From positions 1-64,000 of the forward strand of contig JAJDAC010000031.1 of NCBI GenBank assembly GCA_029262065.1: DNA of 64,000 nt. The letters are read 5' to 3'. A model generated the notes under the pieces. It made no database searches and had not been told where the DNA came from. It was given only the letters and a program-made list of their open reading frames with translations. Made by a program: the position numbers and the translations under genes. This document shows positions 61,185 through 64,000 of the stretch, one piece after another. Position 1 is the stretch's first letter. Each line of letters starts with the position of its first letter. Source of the DNA: Candidatus Krumholzibacteriota bacterium. Its GTDB lineage: Bacteria > Krumholzibacteriota > Krumholzibacteriia > JAJRXK01.

Positions 61185-64000
61185 CTGCCGCCGCTTCAGT
61201 TCGTCCCATCTGGGTTTGTCGCCCTGCGATCCCCGTTGCTTTCGTTCCATGAGCTGGAAGAGTGGACGAGAGACCTGCACGGGACCAATTCGCACGCGGA
61301 TCTGGCGAAGTACCGTGCAGATGTGGACCTGGTTCGCCAGCGCCTGCGCGAAGCCCTGCGGCATCCGATGGTGCAGGAGGCTCTGTTTCTCGCATCACCA
61401 TCTCTCCACGAGCGCGCGGCCGTCTGGCTCGAAGACCCCGAGCGTGAGGAGGCGTTGGGAATCGAAGCGGGCCTTGTCCGCTATTTCACACGCATGGCCT
61501 CGCGAAGCACGCCGTTCGGTCTCTTCGCTGGCAATAGCGTGGGCTCGGTCGGGCACGAGACCGTGTTGCGATTGCAGGCGGCCAAAGATGCCGTGCGCCA
61601 TACCCGTCTGGACACCGAATACCTGGATGCCGTCATCGCGCGGCTGGTGGCCCAGCCCGATATTCGTGCCGTGTTGACGTTTCGAACCAATACCAGCTTG
61701 TACGAGGTAGGCGAGACCATCCGATACGCGGAGGCGCGCCTGGTGCAGGGCCGTCGGGCGTACTTCCTGGTCGATGTGGAGTCCCATGCGCATCTGCGCC
61801 GCGCCCTGGTCGTCGCGGACAACGGGGCGACACCCGACGAGCTGGCCCGGGCCATTTCCGACGAAGACGTTCCGATTGAAACTGCCCGTGACTTCGTGGA
61901 CCAGCTGATCGATGCCCAATTGCTGACGGTGGATCTGGGGCCGGTCATTACAGGACGAGGCGCCGTCGAGTACCTGCTGGATCGACTCCAGCGAGTCGCA
62001 GCTGACTGTGAACCGGTGGCCAACGCAGTGCGCGTTCTTTCTGCCGTGCAGGGCAAGTTGGCCGACTTCGACGCGGCGGGGGTGGGGCAACTGGCAACCG
62101 AGTACCGCCAATTGGTGTCGACCGCGCGCAGCTTGGCCGAGGTTTCGGCGTCGAGGTTCGTGCAGGTGGATGTGGCCAAACCCATGGATGCCCTGACCGT
62201 GGCATCCAATCTGGTGGACGAGTTGGCGCGAGGCGTCGATGTTCTTGTCGACCTGTTTGCGTACGGGCGCGACGATCCCTTGGCTGAATTTCGGCGGGCG
62301 TTCGAAGCCCGCTACGGCGAGAGAACCATCCCGTTGGTGGAGGTCCTGGATGAAGAAATGGGAATCGGGTACGGTGCGGCGCAAGGTCCTGGGACCGACC
62401 CCTCGCCGCTCCTGGCGGGGCTGCCGTTTCCCGCGGAACAGGAAGATGAGACCGTAGGTTGGGGCAGTCGAGGCCGATACCTCCTGTGGCGCGTGGCCGA
62501 AACGATCGAGGCGGGCCAGGACGAGTTGGTGCTCGATCCGCGTGAAGTCGCGCGTTTTCGCGATCCCGGTGCGCCGCGTCTGCCCAACGCCTATCACATC
62601 ATGGCCAGTCTGCTGGCCGAGGATCCGAACAACTCCGACGCCCCACGCGCCGTGCTTGATTCGGCGGGCGGTCCGTCGGGCGCGCGCCTGTTGGGCCGTT
62701 TTTGTCACGTGGACGACGAGCTGCAGCTGAGAGTTCGTGAGCACCTGCAGGCCGAGGAGCAGCTCGATCCCGGCGTCCGATTCTTCGAACTTGTTCATCT
62801 ACCCGAAGGTCGCGTTGGAAACATCCTGGCTCGACCGCTGTTGCGAGACCTGGAGTTGGAGTACCTGGGTACGTCGGGGACGAGTGTAGGCAAACGACTT
62901 CGTATTACGGATCTCACGCTGTCCGTGGCGGGCGGACGCGTGGTACTTCGCTCTCGCCGGCTGGGCTGCGAGGTGCGTCCGCGGATAACATCGGCCCACA
63001 ATACCCAATGGCGCAGCTTGGGCATCTATCGGTTCCTCAGTGCGCTGCAAGCCGAAGGACATGTCGAGGGAGTCGCTTGGACGTGGGGTCCGCTCGAGAG
63101 TCAACCGCGACTGCCGCGGGTTCGGATGGGCTCGTTGATCCTGAGCCGCGCCCGCTGGAACGTGCCGGCACCCGAAATGAAGGAGCTGGTCGCGACGGGA
63201 CCGTCGATCGCCGAACGACATGGTTCATTCACGCGCGTCCAGGCGTGGCGCGCGAAGCGAGGGCTGCCCCGGTGGATCGGGTTGGTAGACCAGGACAATG
63301 TGCTGACCGTCGACCTGGACAATCCCCTGTCGGTCGCATCGTTGCTCGACGCGCTGCGCAGCCGCAAAGAAGCGACGTTCCAGGAACTGCATCCGGGAGC
63401 GCGTTCGGACGCGGTGACGGGGCCGGAAGGGTGCTTCGTGAACGAAGTAGTCATACCGATGGTACGACGGGCCAAGTCTGACGTAGTCCCACGCGCCGAA
63501 CCGCCGCATCAATCTGAGCGACGCATCGGCGCGTTCGCGCCGGGTTCGGCGTGGATGTCGGCCAAGATCTACGCCGGTCCGGGGCAGTGCGACGCTTTGC
63601 TTACCGACGTGGTGGAGACGGTTTCGCGGAAAGCGCTGGCCACGGGAGTTGCAAGAAGGTGGTTCTTCCTGCGCTACGCCGATCCCGACTGGCACCTGCG
63701 TGTGCGATGGGAGGGTGAACCGGAGCCCATGGCGGCCGAGTTGTTGCCCGCGTTGCATGCTGCCCTCGCACCATGGCTCGAAGATCGACGCGTCCACCAA
63801 CTTCAGTTGGATACGTACCAACGCGAAACACGCCGCTACGGCGGACCCGAGGCAATCGGTGCGGCGGAGGATATCTTCTACCACGATAGTGTGATGACGA
63901 CGGCATTCCTGGCCTTGGCCAGCGGCGACGATGGGCTCGACGCCCGGTGGCGCTTCGCTCTGGTAGCCATGGACCGGCACCTGGATGATTTCGGTCTGGA
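61185..64000 (+). CDS. Class I lanthipeptide-type (LanB-like) dehydratase, full-length type (N-terminal glutamylation domain plus C-terminal SpaB_C elimination domain). It is 3'-truncated by the window end and its start codon is uncertain.
   Basis: It is not in the ORF track because there is no stop before 64000. The frame is open from 61155 to 64000 (more than 938 codons). Hallmarks seen in my own translation: FVALRSPLLSFHELEEW (N-terminal F.vRtPLLP block), VRYFTRMASRSTPFGLFAGNSVG (compare NisB YLRSTPFGLFSETSIG), FFELVHLPEGRVGNILARP, and near the end RRWFFLRYADPDWHLRVRW...ETRRYGGPEAIGAAEDIFYHDS (compare NisB LFFLRYTDPKPHIRLR...ERYGG). The 467-aa track ORF 61395..62798 on the minus strand is its antisense mirror. 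Confidence 0.8.
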   Translation, partial: MPPLQFVPSGFVALRSPLLSFHELEEWTRDLHGTNSHADLAKYRADVDLVRQRLREALRHPMVQEALFLASPSLHERAAVWLEDPEREEALGIEAGLVRYFTRMASRSTPFGLFAGNSVGSVGHETVLRLQAAKDAVRHTRLDTEYLDAVIARLVAQPDIRAVLTFRTNTSLYEVGETIRYAEARLVQGRRAYFLVDVESHAHLRRALVVADNGATPDELARAISDEDVPIETARDFVDQLIDAQLLTVDLGPVITGRGAVEYLLDRLQRVAADCEPVANAVRVLSAVQGKLADFDAAGVGQLATEYRQLVSTARSLAEVSASRFVQVDVAKPMDALTVASNLVDELARGVDVLVDLFAYGRDDPLAEFRRAFEARYGERTIPLVEVLDEEMGIGYGAAQGPGTDPSPLLAGLPFPAEQEDETVGWGSRGRYLLWRVAETIEAGQDELVLDPREVARFRDPGAPRLPNAYHIMASLLAEDPNNSDAPRAVLDSAGGPSGARLLGRFCHVDDELQLRVREHLQAEEQLDPGVRFFELVHLPEGRVGNILARPLLRDLELEYLGTSGTSVGKRLRITDLTLSVAGGRVVLRSRRLGCEVRPRITSAHNTQWRSLGIYRFLSALQAEGHVEGVAWTWGPLESQPRLPRVRMGSLILSRARWNVPAPEMKELVATGPSIAERHGSFTRVQAWRAKRGLPRWIGLVDQDNVLTVDLDNPLSVASLLDALRSRKEATFQELHPGARSDAVTGPEGCFVNEVVIPMVRRAKSDVVPRAEPPHQSERRIGAFAPGSAWMSAKIYAGPGQCDALLTDVVETVSRKALATGVARRWFFLRYADPDWHLRVRWEGEPEPMAAELLPALHAALAPWLEDRRVHQLQLDTYQRETRRYGGPEAIGAAEDIFYHDSVMTTAFLALASGDDGLDARWRFALVAMDRHLDDFGL

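Noticed and set aside
61395-62798. 467-aa minus-strand ORF.
   Set aside because: It is antisense to the LanB-like gene, whose plus-strand frame carries unmistakable conserved motifs. The minus-strand product is low-complexity R/G/Q/H-rich.

Overview
This is a 64-kb, strongly GC-rich window (roughly 65-70% GC by eye; GTG and TTG starts are frequent). It is densely coding on both strands. By eye I found no rRNA, tRNA, CRISPR array, transposase or integrase. Gene content points to a Gram-negative-type bacterium: predicted outer-membrane beta-barrels, many lipoproteins and secreted proteins, and the ADP-heptose gene hldE. The family mix (LVIVD-repeat lipoprotein, CBM9/DUF5916, TlpA with an N-terminal beta-domain, TIGR02999-like ECF sigma) suggests a Gemmatimonadota, Acidobacteriota or FCB-group lineage, but that is inference only.

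Main blocks, left to right:
- 1-5.6 kb: an SPFH/Arc pair, a YeiH exporter, a CPXCG protein, a secreted repeat protein, and an ECF sigma/anti-sigma pair.
- 5.7-17.4 kb: a TlpA-like thiol-disulfide oxidoreductase divergent from an S9 peptidase, DUF445, an LVIVD lipoprotein, a duplicated PhnE-type permease, a CBM9/DUF5916 protein, and HAD/DUF3052/DinB genes.
- 17.6 kb: a small histone-fold protein with a lysine-rich tail.
- 18.1-25.8 kb: CBS - korA - korB - CBS(zinc ribbon), then hldE - DUF89 - a cupin/PMI-like protein.
- 25.8-28.6 kb: two ECF sigmas (one with an anti-sigma) and a membrane protein.
- 28.6-45.3 kb: an MFS-HEAT transporter, egtD-like, TerB, pepN (M1), two alkaline-phosphatase-superfamily proteins, BI-1, a bacilliredoxin-like protein, a GT-C glycosyltransferase, a third ECF sigma/anti-sigma pair, and gpmA.
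- 45.3-58.6 kb: a CXXCH-bearing beta-barrel OMP, serB, and a complete aa3/caa3-type cytochrome oxidase locus. The oxidase locus comprises ydeP-like, ctaB, ctaA, fdxA, DUF420, coxIV, coxIII, coxII, coxI, a second coxIII-like gene, a dihaem cytochrome c and SCO1.
- 58.7-64.0 kb: a TatD-like / HEAT-like / DUF523 operon on the minus strand, divergent from a full-length LanB-type RiPP dehydratase that runs off the right edge.

Both window-edge genes (1..624 on the minus strand and ~61185..64000 on the plus strand) are absent from the ORF track because their stop codons lie outside the window. Several long track ORFs are antisense 'mirror' ORFs typical of high-GC DNA, and I rejected them.

The most interesting items are:
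- the LanB-like dehydratase cluster edge with a non-canonical start;
- the HMf-like histone-fold protein with an H1-like Lys-rich tail;
- a 25-bp tandem repeat bridging two convergent gene ends;
- a possible non-orthologous ADP-heptose module (hldE - DUF89 phosphatase - PMI-like cupin);
- a beta-barrel OMP with an N-terminal CXXCH haem motif.
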